DNA of 64,000 bases, taken from positions 9,375 through 73,374 of the forward strand of contig NMRA01000662.1 in assembly GCA_002633005.1 (NCBI GenBank), read 5' to 3'. Each line of letters starts with the position of its first letter. The first letter of the stretch is position 1. The stretch is from Phoronis australis (lineage: Eukaryota > Animalia > Phoronida). The position numbers and the translations under genes are program-made. Positions 1-11,720 of this stretch are shown here, in pieces. Under the pieces are notes generated by a model, which saw only the letters and a program-made list of their open reading frames with translations, made no database searches and had not been told where the DNA came from.

Positions 1-357
1 CAAATTTAGCTACTCGAATGCACGAGTCAGTAAGAGAGCACTGATTCAACTTTCACGCCGGCAACTTGCCTTGAGCTCTAGAGACTTTCAATGGCGGTCG
101 TGAAGAACAGCAAGGCCGTACCTGCATGAATGAAGTCAATTTTGAGATCCGAAATTTGTGAGTATTTAACGCTGCAGGTAAGAGCATAATCTAAACATTT
201 TCTCGATGATCTAAAAAATCTATTTTGGCGCGTAAAAATGGCGGGAAAATTTTGCGACCTGGCATTTAGGAATGCGAGCTGGATTTTGAAAATGCGACCT
301 GGGATTTTGGCTAGGTCGCAAAATGCGACCTGGCGATTTTAATAGCGTCGAGCCCTG
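1..357. mobile_element. End of a hAT-like non-autonomous DNA element (truncated by window start)
   Basis: CpG-rich block ending in ...GCGTCGAGCCCTG (reverse complement CAGGGCTCGAC, a hAT-like terminus), with repeated subterminal GCGACCTGG motifs at ~254, ~294 and ~325 and an inverted copy at ~313. The other end is outside the window. Confidence 0.45.
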
Positions 358-500
358 GGGTGTGATACATTCTTGCATAACTTTGTGTTTTCTGAAGCAA
401 TTGTTATAAGAGCCATGCAAATAATGACATTGGCAAATGTGTTTGTGAAACAACAAGTCTGCTACAGTACTCACTATCTAGTGACAAATGTCTGTTCCAG

Positions 501-575
501 CTGACCTTGACTATGAGAGTGTCTTATTGACCCCCAAGGGCAGTGACGCCCCTCCACTTATCATTTACCCTCATG
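501..575 (+). CDS. APEH: APEH exon (DLDYESVLLTPKGSDAPPLIIYPH)
   Basis: ttccag acceptor, GTATG donor at 576. Confidence 0.92.
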
Positions 576-3500
576 GTATGTACAGTAAACTTTTAATGAA
601 ACTGTTAAATTTACAATTCAACCAGACCAGGAGAGTTTGTCTGACTAAAGTAACATCCAAAGGGCAGAGTGTAATGACAAGAATACAATTACTTTGCTTG
701 TCAAGACATGTGACTAATGCATGTCCACCTTATTGATGTCAATATCAAATAATTAATTAAACTGGCCATAAAGTCTCTAACAGAAGCCAGGTTTCCAACA
801 GAAGCAAGTTTCTAGTTAAATGCAGGGTTATAGGCTCTGATTAGTTAAAACTTGGTCTCTGTTACTAGTTTTAAATAGTGAACGTGTATATCGTTTTTAT
901 GCGCCCGCATATTTTTATGTGGATGCATTATGCCATCATCTCCGTCCAGCCAGCGTCCGGCGTCCAACGATTGCTGCTCTATCTCCAAAAGCCTTTGACG
1001 TACACTCATGAAATTTTGCACACATGTTCCTTTCATGGATGAGACGGCATGAACGAACTTTCGGACGGATACAACTACTGGATACTGCCCCCTAGTGGCA
1101 ATTTTGTTTTTTTTATGCTTACCTCTATATCTTCAAAGGTCCTCCACGTACTATTTTCATAAAATTTGGCACATAGTTATATATTAGTAAGATGACACTA
1201 TCCTCCCATTTTCGGATGGATGCGACGTAGTTTGCACCACCTAGTGGCCATTTTTGCTGATTTCGAGTCTGTTTTTTGGCGTCCACCCCTCTATCAGCCA
1301 AGCCGCACTAAGGATGATTGTGGAAATTGGCATGTATAATCTTACTATGAAGAGGACGGCTGATGATGATTTTCCGACGATTTTGACTACTGTGGCGTCT
1401 CCTAGTGACAATTTTTAGTTTCTTAGGTTTAACTCTGTATTTTCAAACGTCTTCAACGAATTTTCACAAAATTTGGATTATAGGCATCTATTGGTGAGCT
1501 GATGCCATCCTCCTGTATTCGGATGGAATCGAGGTACTTTGCGCTACCTAGTGGCCATTTTTTTATTTTTTTGAGTCTGTTTTTGGCGTTCACCCCTCAA
1601 TCAACCAAATCATTCTAAGGATGGTTTTGAAAATTGGAGTATATATTCTGAGTGTGAAGAGGACAGTTGACGATAATGAATTTGACTACTGTGTCACCTC
1701 CTAGTGGTAGTTTTGTTTTGTTTTGCGCCCATAGCTGCTTCTCCTAAACACACTGCAGGATCTTTATTAAATTTTAGTAATTGTATTTGTATGAAGCTAA
1801 CAACAGACGACGAAGTCTTTCAGGCGGATCCAATGAACGCCGTGCCTCATAGTGGCAATTTTGTTTTTTCCGTTTTCGTTTGTTTCTCTGATGTTCCTTG
1901 ACAGATTTTTATGAAATTTGGTAAATAGCTTTCTGTTAAAAAGCGATGGCATGTTCCTGTTTTCAGATGGTTTGGTCGTTTTAGCGCACTCTAGTGGCTA
2001 TTTTTGTGAAACAAATAAACAACCCTAGAAGCACACCGTTTGCGGTGCATTCGTGGGCACATTTCAACGCTCCGTGTTGCTCTTGTATATGAATGCTATA
2101 CAGAGATACGGTAAAAATGTGACACATTGGAGCATACAAATGAAAGCTGGTGATACTCTGTGAGCTGCTTCTAAAGCATAGTTGTATCTCCTGGAAACTT
2201 GCTTTTAATAACAAAATTACAGTTAGTCTTTTTGTTCATGAGGAGCCATAATTGGGCTCTCGTGCTTTTGCTCAGGTGTTTTGTGCAATGGGCCCAACCA
2301 TGAGGCCTGTGCACGTTTTATGCACCACAAATGACATCAGGCCACCTGCACTGTTTTTTGTTTTGTTTAAAGTTTCTAAAGCACATCTGTTTGTGATTTG
2401 TTTAATTCACTATAAAGTGTACTTTGTAGGTGGGCCACATGTTGTATTCCCATCAGACTATATCATCCAAGTCAGTGGTCTTTGCAAATGTGGATTTGCA
2501 GTGCTCCTAGGTAAGATGGAGCTTCACCATGTACTGATTCAAACATTTAAAACACGATTTTCTGCCCTTAATGTGTCTGACTTTCATTGGTTTTTGTCCA
2601 TTTCAAGTTATGTAGAACCTTATGGGCATGTCTGTAAAGTTTGCTCAATATTTACAAAGCTGTAGTTAACGGTAATAGTACCTAGTAACTTCTGAGAGTA
2701 GAAAGCCAGTAGAATTTGAGTTGGGACTTTTGACCAAGTTTCCATTGACTGGGTCACATGACCATGTTTTTTCAGTGAAATTTAGCGAAAAAAGGTTCAT
2801 GCATAGCTAAACAATGGTACAAGTAAACCAAATTTTGGTTTATGGAAATGTTCAACGTGAAGTCTCAAAAGTTGTGTCACAGTTTTTTGGATTACTATTT
2901 CATTTTCATTTTATCAAACTTTCATTTTTTTCCTTAAAAATAAAACAGTTCTATTTTTCGTAACCCCTCATGTATGGGTCGAGCATTTTAAAGATAACTC
3001 TTAACTCCATTTTGCAGAACAGTGCATTAATTACAGTACCTGAAATTTTCGTGCAAGTCTGATCAACCATTTCTGAGATGTGATGCTCTGAATTGAAGCA
3101 AATATGGAAACTGTCTTTGATGATACGTAAAGTTAAGCACAACAAATGCTAAGAACCATAATTGGTGAACAATGTAAAATACTGTCTGCAGCAGTATTTG
3201 TTTTGTAAGTTTTGATTTTTGTAGTAAATTATCGAGGTTCAGCTGGATTTGGACAGTGGAGTGTGGACTCCTTGCCTGGAAATGTTGGGAGCCAGGATGT
3301 TTTGGATGTCTACGTATGAGTTTTTTTTTAGTTTATGCTGATTCTCTTTGTTTCCTGTTTTGACTCTCAAGATTGTAAAATGTAAACATCTGATTCGAAT
3401 TTCAAGGTTTTGTTAAGAAAACAAAAGTTTGTTTTTTTACCTCAGCCATTGATCTCTCCATCCATATTACGTGGAGATGGAATATTTTGCATAATATTGT

Positions 3501-6500
3501 TCTTAATCACTCTTCAACATGTTTCATTCACTGTTTTGCCTAATTGAATTTTACTGATATCAAAATAATGAAATGAAATGTGGAGTGATTATCTGGTCAT
3601 CGTTTGTTTTCAGGATGCAGCTATGCAAGTGTTTGAAAGTGGAGTTGTTGATAACAAAAATGTGTTCATAGCAGGAGGTTCTCATGGAGGCTTTCTTACG
3701 GCTCATCTGATTGGCCAGTTCCCTGTAAGTGCATCTGATTGGTCAGTTTCCTGTTTGTGCTTGTTATTTCGTTTCCATTTCGCGTATGAAATCTTTGTGC
3801 TTTGTTGATAACTGCTCTATTGTGCGCTGGTGTACTCAAGTCCAGTCGTCCCATTGTGTTGCTCAGACAGGTTACACAATAGAGGTCGCTTCAGTCATAA
3901 AGTTTTCTGCTGTTCTTCTGCTTCTGCAGAATGTACATCTCTAGCACTCAGTTTTTATGAACTTTACTTAGAAAGCTCTTGTAAACTAACACTTGTCTAG
4001 TAGAATTTTTCTTGAAACTTGACTATTAAGCTGCACTTCCACTGTCTACTTTTAAAACTAAGATTTTCTACGTGAACAGGTTTTCGCAAGAGCAAAAGTC
4101 GAAAGTGATTTTAATGTCATTCATTTCTTTCAGGTGCTTTCCAAAGCAGCTGTCTTAAGAAACCCAGTAATCAACATAGCTTGTAAGTGTTGTTTAGATA
4201 CTATAGCGTACCAGAAAACACAGTGATGATGATCTGTGGCATCTCAGTCGAACACAGTGATGATGATCTGTGATATCTCAGTCAAACACAATTATGATGA
4301 TCTGTGGCGTCTCAGTCAAAGTTTTCCTTTTTATGGCAAATGTAACATGGTATAAAAAGACATTAAACAAAGGTGAAAGTAATGTTAATAGTTATGAAAA
4401 TGGTTACATGTCCCTCTTCCGTTATAGAATCAAACTTTAAACCATTTACTTGTTATTAAGATTATGTTGGACTTTACTGACCAGTCGGTGTATTATGCCA
4501 AATGTCTACAAACTATAAATTTTAATTTTGTAGAAGTATTTTCTGAAAGTAGAAAGCCTGTGAAATTGTTGACTGTATGAATCTGTTATTGATTGGGTCA
4601 CATGACCATGTCTTTTTAGTAAAATTTAGCAAAAAAACAAACTAAGGTATATTGATTGCCAAACAACGATGTCAATAACAACAATGTCGATAACAACGGT
4701 GTCGATAACAACGGTGTCGATAACAACGGTGTCGATAACAACGGTGTCGATAACAACGGTGTCGATAACAACGGTGTCGATAACAACGGTGTCAATAACA
4801 TGGTCAAATATTGTTTGATATAAATTCCAAGGTGAGATCTGAAAAATGCTGTAATTTCTGAAATATTGTTTCTTTCCATTTTGTGCAATTTCTAAGTTTT
4901 TTCATGAAAATTATGAAAGTTTTTGATAGTCCCTCATCCAAAATTAGAACACTTTGAAAACAAGTCCTAAAAACACTGTTTTTGGTAATGATGCATAAAG
5001 CGTTGTATCTGAACATTTCACGTGAATCTGATCAGTCGTTACTGAGATGTGATGTTTCTAAGAAGGCCTACATAACCTTGACTCATATTACAAGTGGTTT
5101 TGGGCTTGGTAAAATTGTCAGCTGGTTCATGCTTGAGACCATAGCAAGAATAACAATAACAACAGCAACAGCAGCAGCAGCAACAGACCTGTCATAACAA
5201 GCCAACTTGTAGATCACTGTCTCGAGCAATAATGAAATGCCAGAAATCCCCTCTAACTTGGCTAGGGAAGACGTGGAGACTAATAATGTTATACGTGGTC
5301 TAAATCAAATTTAGGTTTTTGTGACAGAATACAGGTTTTAGAAATTATCAAAATTGTCTTTTTATTGAGATTCTGGCAACGGCTTTGTCATGGGCTAATG
5401 TTTGATAAGTCTGATGAAGTTTGATTAGCAAAGTTGTAAGAAATGTTATGTTGAAATCTCAAGGGTCACTAAGTTACCGATGTCTAATCTTTTTGTCTTG
5501 CAGCAATGCTTGGAACCACTGATATCCCTGACTGGTAAATATGCCGTGTTCTTTTGCTCTGACTTGTCATGATGCAGTTGTAGTCGTGCAGCAGTGTGGT
5601 AATGACTCTGCTGCATTATTGAATCACACATTATACAAGTAAATGGCAGACGTTGATAGGCTACGGGTCAATCAAAAAGTAATTTCATTACTTCGTTAAT
5701 TTTTACACGGGAACTTGATTCTGATTTTCTTTATCACTTGACCTTCATTAGAAACAGCCCGTTTCACATCAACTTGAACTTCGTCAACAGATTGGTACGA
5801 CCAGTGATTTGGACACTTTTGCCATCTGTTGTTGAAACTAAACAACAGATATCTGTAATAACTTCTGGATTAGACACTTTCCTTGTCTATGGATTGGTCA
5901 ATACAATTCACTTCTGACTCGTGACGTCGAAAAAATTAGATCTGATAATGGAAAGTTGATGATACTGAAAAGTGTGCTAGGGTTTGTGATTTTTCTCTAC
6001 AGGTAAGTAAATATGACTTGTGGGCGGATGCATCCTTCTGCTGCATCTGTAGCAGATTGTCACCCACCTTTACAGCTCAACATATTATATAACTTTTGTA
6101 TTTATCGATATCTACAGTAGTAGTTTAGTTTGTCATAATATATATGACCTTTTATCTCACCTACACGTGTTGTTTCACTGGAAACTAGCTTTGGTATCGC
6201 TTCGCAGTTTGCGTATAAATATTAAGAGAAGAGGAATTGAATCTGTTTAGTGTAACAAAAAATTACTAAAATGTTTGAATATTGTGGTTTGAATAATGTG
6301 TTGCGACTTTTTTCACTCACAATTTTTCAAAACAAAACTGCTACTGCAGTTAACTCTATTACCCAATAAAGTAAGAACATTCATTAAAGTGCTTTTATTG
6401 TGCACCACAATAAGACACGTGTCTACTTCTAGTGGTGAAGAACAGAACTAGTCATGGATAATGTACTTGCAGGTGTTTGGTGGAATGTGGCATATCACAT

Positions 6501-7736
6501 GACATAAACAAGGTGCCAGGTAAAGAAGCATACACTGCAGCCTGGGACAGGTCACCCATCAGATATGTAGGGCAGGTGTGTACAATAAATACAATATGAA
6601 ATAATGCATAAAATGGTTACTTAGAAAACTGTTACACTGTTTCTGAGATTTATTCTTGGACACCTCTGCCAAACGAAATTTGGTCAATGTTATTGATACT
6701 GTTGGTTTCCCATGAATGAACATTTCTTTTTGACAAAATTTTACTGACGATGTGATCACATGATCCAATCAATGGTAGATTTTTGAAACAAAAAAAAAAT
6801 CTAAATTCTGCACACTTTTTACTTTCAGAAAATTTATTTTTATTTTTTTTTTTCTACATATTAGTTAAATGTTATTGTTTGTAATACTGTACGTACTTCT
6901 TGTCTAAAGTCCCACATAATCTTAAGTTTATATTATAAATAGACGATGCATACAAATTTCCATTTCAGGTAAAGACACCATCCATGTTGATGATTGGTGC
7001 TGGTGACAAGAGGGTGCCACCAAAACAGGGAGAGGAATTCTATAAAGCGTTAAAGGTTAACCGTTGTGAAGTCAGGTATGAGGGCTTCTGCTGTTGTAAA
7101 CCTGCCGTCCATTAAAAAATAAAACTTGCGCGTTAGACAGCAAACCCGTGTGGAACTAGTCCCAACTTGTTCTTTATTTATTTACAAGATAATAAATAGC
7201 TGCAAAAATTTGCGAAATTTGGATTTATAATAGTTCATCATAGCAGACCATTTGAAACCAGAAGATGAGAAGACGACCTACCTTCTTTTTACTAGCTTGT
7301 TCTGAAAATTCGATAAAAAACGTATAACTTGTTCGCTGTAGTTTATTCAAGAGGTGTATTCTGCAACCAGAAACAACTCCCAATTTTGCTAAATGTTACA
7401 GCCATGCAATGCAGCACAGTCTTTAAAATTTTTGCCCTAGTTTTGCTCAGATTGTGTTATAAGTTTCATGATATAGCAAGTGAGGCCTTAACTATAGAGT
7501 TCATTTGATGGTTTATACAGCCACGATTCGCAATTGACTTTTGTCTGTTTTGATGCAGTTTGTCGCTAGCTCAGTGCCCAAGGCATTAATACATTCAATG
7601 AATTATTAATATATTTCCAAAAATGATTTTTTACAGAATGCTCCTTTATCCAGAGAATTCACATCCACTGAACAAGGTAGACTGTGAGGCAGACTGCTTC
7701 GTCAACATCTTTAAGTGGTTCAAAGATCACATGTAA
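501..7736 (+). CDS. APEH: Acylamino-acid-releasing enzyme (acylpeptide hydrolase, S9C), 3' part: join(501-575,2430-2510,3225-3313,3614-3724,4134-4182,5504-5534,6473-6575,6969-7075,7637-7736)
   Basis: Nine GT-AG exons splice in phase into PPLIIYPHGGPH...VNYRGSAGFGQ...GGSHGG (catalytic Ser)...RNPVINIASMLGTTDIPDW...SPIRY..VKTPSMLMIGAGDKRVP (Asp)...YPENSHPL (His)...WFKDHM*. These are diagnostic APEH motifs. Upstream beta-propeller exons lie outside the window. Confidence 0.96.
894..2087 (-). mobile_element. Helentron/HINE-like non-autonomous element with internal ~150-bp tandem repeats (copy 1)
   Basis: Reverse complement of the element at 35938-37632 and 47158-48406. It has the same ACAAGAGCAAC head, ~7 subrepeats each with a CCACTAG(G/A)NGGC-type motif, a GACG/GATG microsatellite and a terminal imperfect hairpin followed by AAAAA. 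Confidence 0.75.
2430..2510 (+). CDS. APEH: APEH exon (GGPHVVFPSDYIIQVSGLCKCGFAVLL)
   Basis: tttgtag acceptor, GTAAG donor; completes HGGP motif. Confidence 0.93.
   Translation: MGHMLYSHQTISSKSVVFANVDLQCS
3225..3313 (+). CDS. APEH: APEH exon (VNYRGSAGFGQWSVDSLPGNVGSQDVLDVY)
   Basis: NYRGS motif, canonical splice sites. Confidence 0.95.
3614..3724 (+). CDS. APEH: APEH exon with catalytic serine (GGSHGG)
   Basis: ttttcag acceptor, GTAAGT donor, GxSxGG nucleophile elbow. Confidence 0.96.
4134..4182 (+). CDS. APEH: APEH exon (VLSKAAVLRNPVINIA)
   Basis: RNPVINIA motif, canonical splice sites. Confidence 0.92.
4217..4320. repeat. ~33-bp tandem repeat, 3 copies
   Basis: AACACAGTGATGATGATCTGTGGCATCTCAGTC repeated. 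Confidence 0.8.
4661..4800. repeat. 15-bp minisatellite (AACAACGGTGTCGAT)n inside a dispersed repeat
   Basis: About 9 copies. The flanking CACATGACCATG...AAATTTAGC sequence recurs at ~2755, ~6740 (reverse) and ~63530. Confidence 0.85.
5504..5534 (+). CDS. APEH: APEH exon (SMLGTTDIPDW)
   Basis: TDIPDW motif, cttgcag acceptor, GTAAAT donor. Confidence 0.93.
6473..6575 (+). CDS. APEH: APEH exon (CLVECG...WDRSPIRYVGQ)
   Basis: SPIRY motif, phase-compatible. Confidence 0.92.
6969..7075 (+). CDS. APEH: APEH exon with catalytic Asp (VKTPSMLMIGAGDKRVPPKQG)
   Basis: DxRVP motif, canonical splice sites. Confidence 0.95.
7637..7736 (+). CDS. APEH: APEH last coding exon with catalytic His (MLLYPENSHPL...KDHM*)
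   Basis: tttacag acceptor, TAA at 7734-7736. Confidence 0.94.
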
Positions 7737-8198
7737 CACTGACTGTATTTAGCTGGATTCTCAATAGAGGGCACAACTGTGTGAACCCGTAATAGTGGAG
7801 GGCAATTCCAAAGTGGGAAATTATGTGCATTTGTGCTAAAATCATGTCATGTGGAACTGGTGGAATTTATGTCAAGGTGCAAGGAGTTGGTGTCAGTATT
7901 CCATCAATACAATCTCCAAATGTCAATCCAATTTAAGTATTCACTTCATAAATATCCTGGTGCCTGGAACCGTGTTTTTTGTGCATGTGTGTGTGGTCCA
8001 TAGATAATGTTTTGTTTAGACTCTGTTGCAGGAAAATATTAAGTTCTGATATCGGCCATCCTGACTTCAAGTTTTCCAAGGTGTAACATATAAGCATTAT
8101 TTTGTGGACATTAAATTTTCTTAAAATTATTTTATCTTGTTGATTTAGGGACTCGGATATTGCACTCGATACATCTTTTAAAAGCTGATGTTATTCAT

Positions 8199-8204
8199 AA
8201 TAAA
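8199..8204 (+). terminator. Candidate APEH polyadenylation signal AATAAA
   Basis: AATAAA about 460 nt downstream of the APEH stop. Confidence 0.5.
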
Positions 8205-8239
8205 TAAGGCACATATAGGATACAATGTTAATTAAATTA

Positions 8240-8245
8240 TTTATT
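8240..8245 (-). terminator. Candidate distal CADPS polyadenylation signal AATAAA (- strand)
   Basis: TTTATT on + strand, facing the APEH signal about 35 nt away. Confidence 0.4.
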
Positions 8246-9375
8246 ACACAACAAGCCTGCGAGAAACATAAATGATAAACTTAGAAATAAATACAAATAA
8301 ATTAACATTTACGTAATATACAGCATAACAATGTTTCCCTAAAAACATCTTGACATCTGGTTGCACATATCACAACCGCAACTAGCATCTTTCACCAAAC
8401 ATATCCTACACAGATCCTAAAGCATGATCACCAAGTATTTGTTCCCTTGCATGTTAATTTTGTTGTTAGTATAGTGACATTTGTTATCAGTACAGTTACT
8501 GTTTTTTTAGGTAATCCTGTTCTAATCAGAGTCAAATATTAATATTACATGGTTTTTGTCTCAAGGTTAAACAAAATACTAACAGACACATCCAAATGAA
8601 ACATGTATAATTTGTAGTCTAGACTAATATTCGGTCATTATTGGCAAGCCTGCGTGACTAGTACAAATTCTTCAACTGATGTACACAACATAGATAAGTC
8701 TCGAAACCTTGAAAGGTATAATTTTGTTACAAAACAACCTTGAGAGATGTGCATTGTTATGTAACATTTAAAAACAAACAAAATATAACATTAAGTGTCA
8801 TCCCAGTCACTCCACCCAACTTCTAATATCTATCTACATCAACCTGTAGCCTACCTAAACTGGTACAATGTTTGCAATGGTCATTTCTCTCACCATCTTC
8901 AGATGTTGCAGCATTCTTAGAACCAACACAGGTATGATTTTCTCTCGTGATCATTAGTGAGCAATTTTCTTAGAAATTTTGTATTTCTCTTGAAAAAGTG
9001 CTCATCATTTGACCATGACAAGTGTACTTCATACAAAATCTAAATATGTTGTAACGCCCGACGATGGCCAGAAAATCGACAGATAAAATGGCGTGTCGAT
9101 GTAAACAGGATATAGAACTGGGTGTAAGTGGATCTTAGTAGTGACTTGCATCACCACTTCAATTTTAGCAAGTTGGTGATGCCACAAAATTAATTTAGAA
9201 CACGAGCACCCTTAAGTGAAATATATCGAACTAAAACAAGTCCAACATTCAAATTTTTCATCGTATAGTAAAATTGTTCACAACTTGGCATCACCATTTG
9301 ACTTAGATGGGTAAATGATGAGTCAGTAAATGAATTAAAAAGTATAAAAGACTGTCTCCGTGATAGCAAGTAGCA

Positions 9376-9581
9376 TATATTCAAGAAAACAACAACGGTT
9401 TAAAAACTTGACATGTTTCGGTGTTATTTATTAAACACCATCCTCAGAAGTGATAATACAGTGGCCACCTAGCTAGGCCCAGCAACAATGAAGCACAGAT
9501 ACAGTCAGTTACAGGGAGTGACAATGATCTAGTCACCAAAACATGTCAAGTTTTAAAACCGTTGTTGTTTTCTTGAATATA
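9376..9581. repeat. ~48-bp inverted repeat with ~110-bp spacer
   Basis: TATATTCAAGAAAACAACAACGGTTTAAAAACTTGACATGTTTCGGTG (9376-9423) versus its near-perfect reverse complement at 9534-9581. Confidence 0.85.
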
Positions 9582-10141
9582 AAAGACTGTATTTTGAAAC
9601 AGAAAGGTTCATATTGAAAATTTGAGCAATCAAAATTTATTGCTAAGAAAATGTATGCCGCAAAGGAATAAAGAGTGTCATTCTACAAACCTGGACCATT
9701 TTTCGTAACACTGTTTCACATTGGGTTTTAACAACATTAAAAGACCCTTGTAATATCTGAAATGATACAGGCTCAATTTGTGATTGTAACAACTGCAGGT
9801 TCAAAACAAAATGATTATGAAAAGGCATTAAGAAACTGGACAATGACTACAATACTAAGGATAACATTCGTGTCTATATTCTAAGAACCATACAGGAATG
9901 AAACAAAATGAGGATTTACGGTATACAAGTAACATGAACCGGACACAATACAAGCACTTAAACGTACTTGCGTATTAAACTGTGGTGTACAGTAAGCAAA
10001 ACACGCTTACAAAATGGATCAATTAAAATAAAATAATCCAACTGACACAAGATAAGACTGGAACCAGTATTTTAAACATTCAATAAAATCAAACATTTCA
10101 ATCCACATCCACCAAAAACTTCCTAGAGACGTTTATTAAAA

Positions 10142-11236
10142 TCATGAGTGAAACACCCGGTCTACGATTAAATTAAAACCGACTAAAACAGAATAAGTGA
10201 ATACATTGCACAAGCCCTCCCCTGAACTTAGCGCTTGATCTCCAACTGTCCACCTGATCACAGAATGAAACTGTAATTGTGCTTGATTGACAAATTATAA
10301 AGTTAAGAATCTTACGTTAATAGCATTATTAAGTTTTATAAAAATTTATATCGAGAGATTTTGGTGATCAACAGTAGTTCACGCTAATAAACCTTTGTAA
10401 TTAAATATCTTGACAAACTACAGTAAAGGCTGAAAGTAACGAGACATAATAAAATGAAATTCCCTGTCTTGACAATTGACACATGCGAAATTCCCCATCA
10501 TACTAGTCGTCCATTATCACCAAGAATGGCTGTAATATTTCACACAAGCACGAGAGGATTATGAGAAAGTGTTACAGACAGAATGACGAGTCATGAGGGT
10601 CATCTCACGTCATGAGGGGTCATCACTCGTCATGAGGGGTCATCACTCGTCATGAGGGGTCATAACTCGACATGAGGGGTCATCACTCGNTCATGAGTGA
10701 AACACCCGGTCTACGATTAAATTAAAACCGACTAAAACAGAATAAGTGAATACATTGCACAAGCCCTCCCCTGAACTTAGCGCTTGATCTCCAACTGTCC
10801 ACCTGATCACAGAATGAAACTGTAATTGTGCTTGATCGACAAATTAGAAAGTTAAGAATCTTACGTTAATAGCATTATTAAGTTTTATAAATATTTATAT
10901 CGAGAGATTTTGGTGATCAACAGAAGTTCACGCCAATAATCCTTTGTAATTAAATATCTTGACAAACTACAGTAAAGGCTGAAAGTAACGAGACATAATA
11001 AAATGAAATTCCCTGTCTTGGCAATTGACACACGCGAAATTCCCCAGCATACTAGTCGTCCATTATGACCAAGAATGGCTGTAATATTTCACACAAGCAT
11101 GAGAGGATTATGAGAGTGTTACAGACAGAATGACGAGTCATGAGGGTCATCTCACGTCATGAGGGGTCATCACTCGTCATGAGGGGTCATCACTCGTCAT
11201 GAGGGGTCATAACTCGACATGAGGGGTCATCACTCG
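10142..11236. repeat. ~548-bp direct duplication joined by a single N (probable haplotype overlap artefact)
   Basis: 10142-10689 and 10691-11236 are nearly identical; N at 10690. Confidence 0.85.
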
Positions 11237-11480
11237 ACATGAGGAGTCATCACTCGACACGAGGGGTCATCACTAGTCATGAGGGATCATCACTCAACAC
11301 GAGGGGTCATCACTCATTATGAGGGGTCATCACTGGACATGAGGGGTCATCACTGGACATAAGGGGTCATCACTGGACATGAGGGGTCATCACTCGTCAT
11401 GAGGGGTCATCACTCATCATGAGGGGTCATCACACGTCATGAGAGGTCATCAGTTGTCATGAGGGGTCATCACTTGTCAT
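11139..11480. repeat. 20-bp minisatellite (CATGAGGGGTCATCACTCGT)n
   Basis: About 17 copies; a partial array also occurs at 10593-10689. Confidence 0.9.
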
Positions 11481-11537
11481 TTTGACTAAGCATAATTAGG
11501 TGTCGTGATGGGAAACAATATTTTGTAGATTACTTTT

Positions 11538-11720
11538 GATATACACAGCACAGTCCATTCCCTGGTATAAACAGCAGTCTATCCCCTGGCATACACTGCA
11601 CAGTCCATCTCTTGGTATACACTGCACAATACATCCCTTGATATACACTGCACAGTCCATCTCTTGGTATACACTGCACAGTCCATCTCTTGATATACAC
11701 TGCACAGTCCATCCCTTGGG
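11538..11720. repeat. 26-bp minisatellite (TATACACTGCACAGTCCATCTCTTGG)n
   Basis: About 7 copies. Confidence 0.85.
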
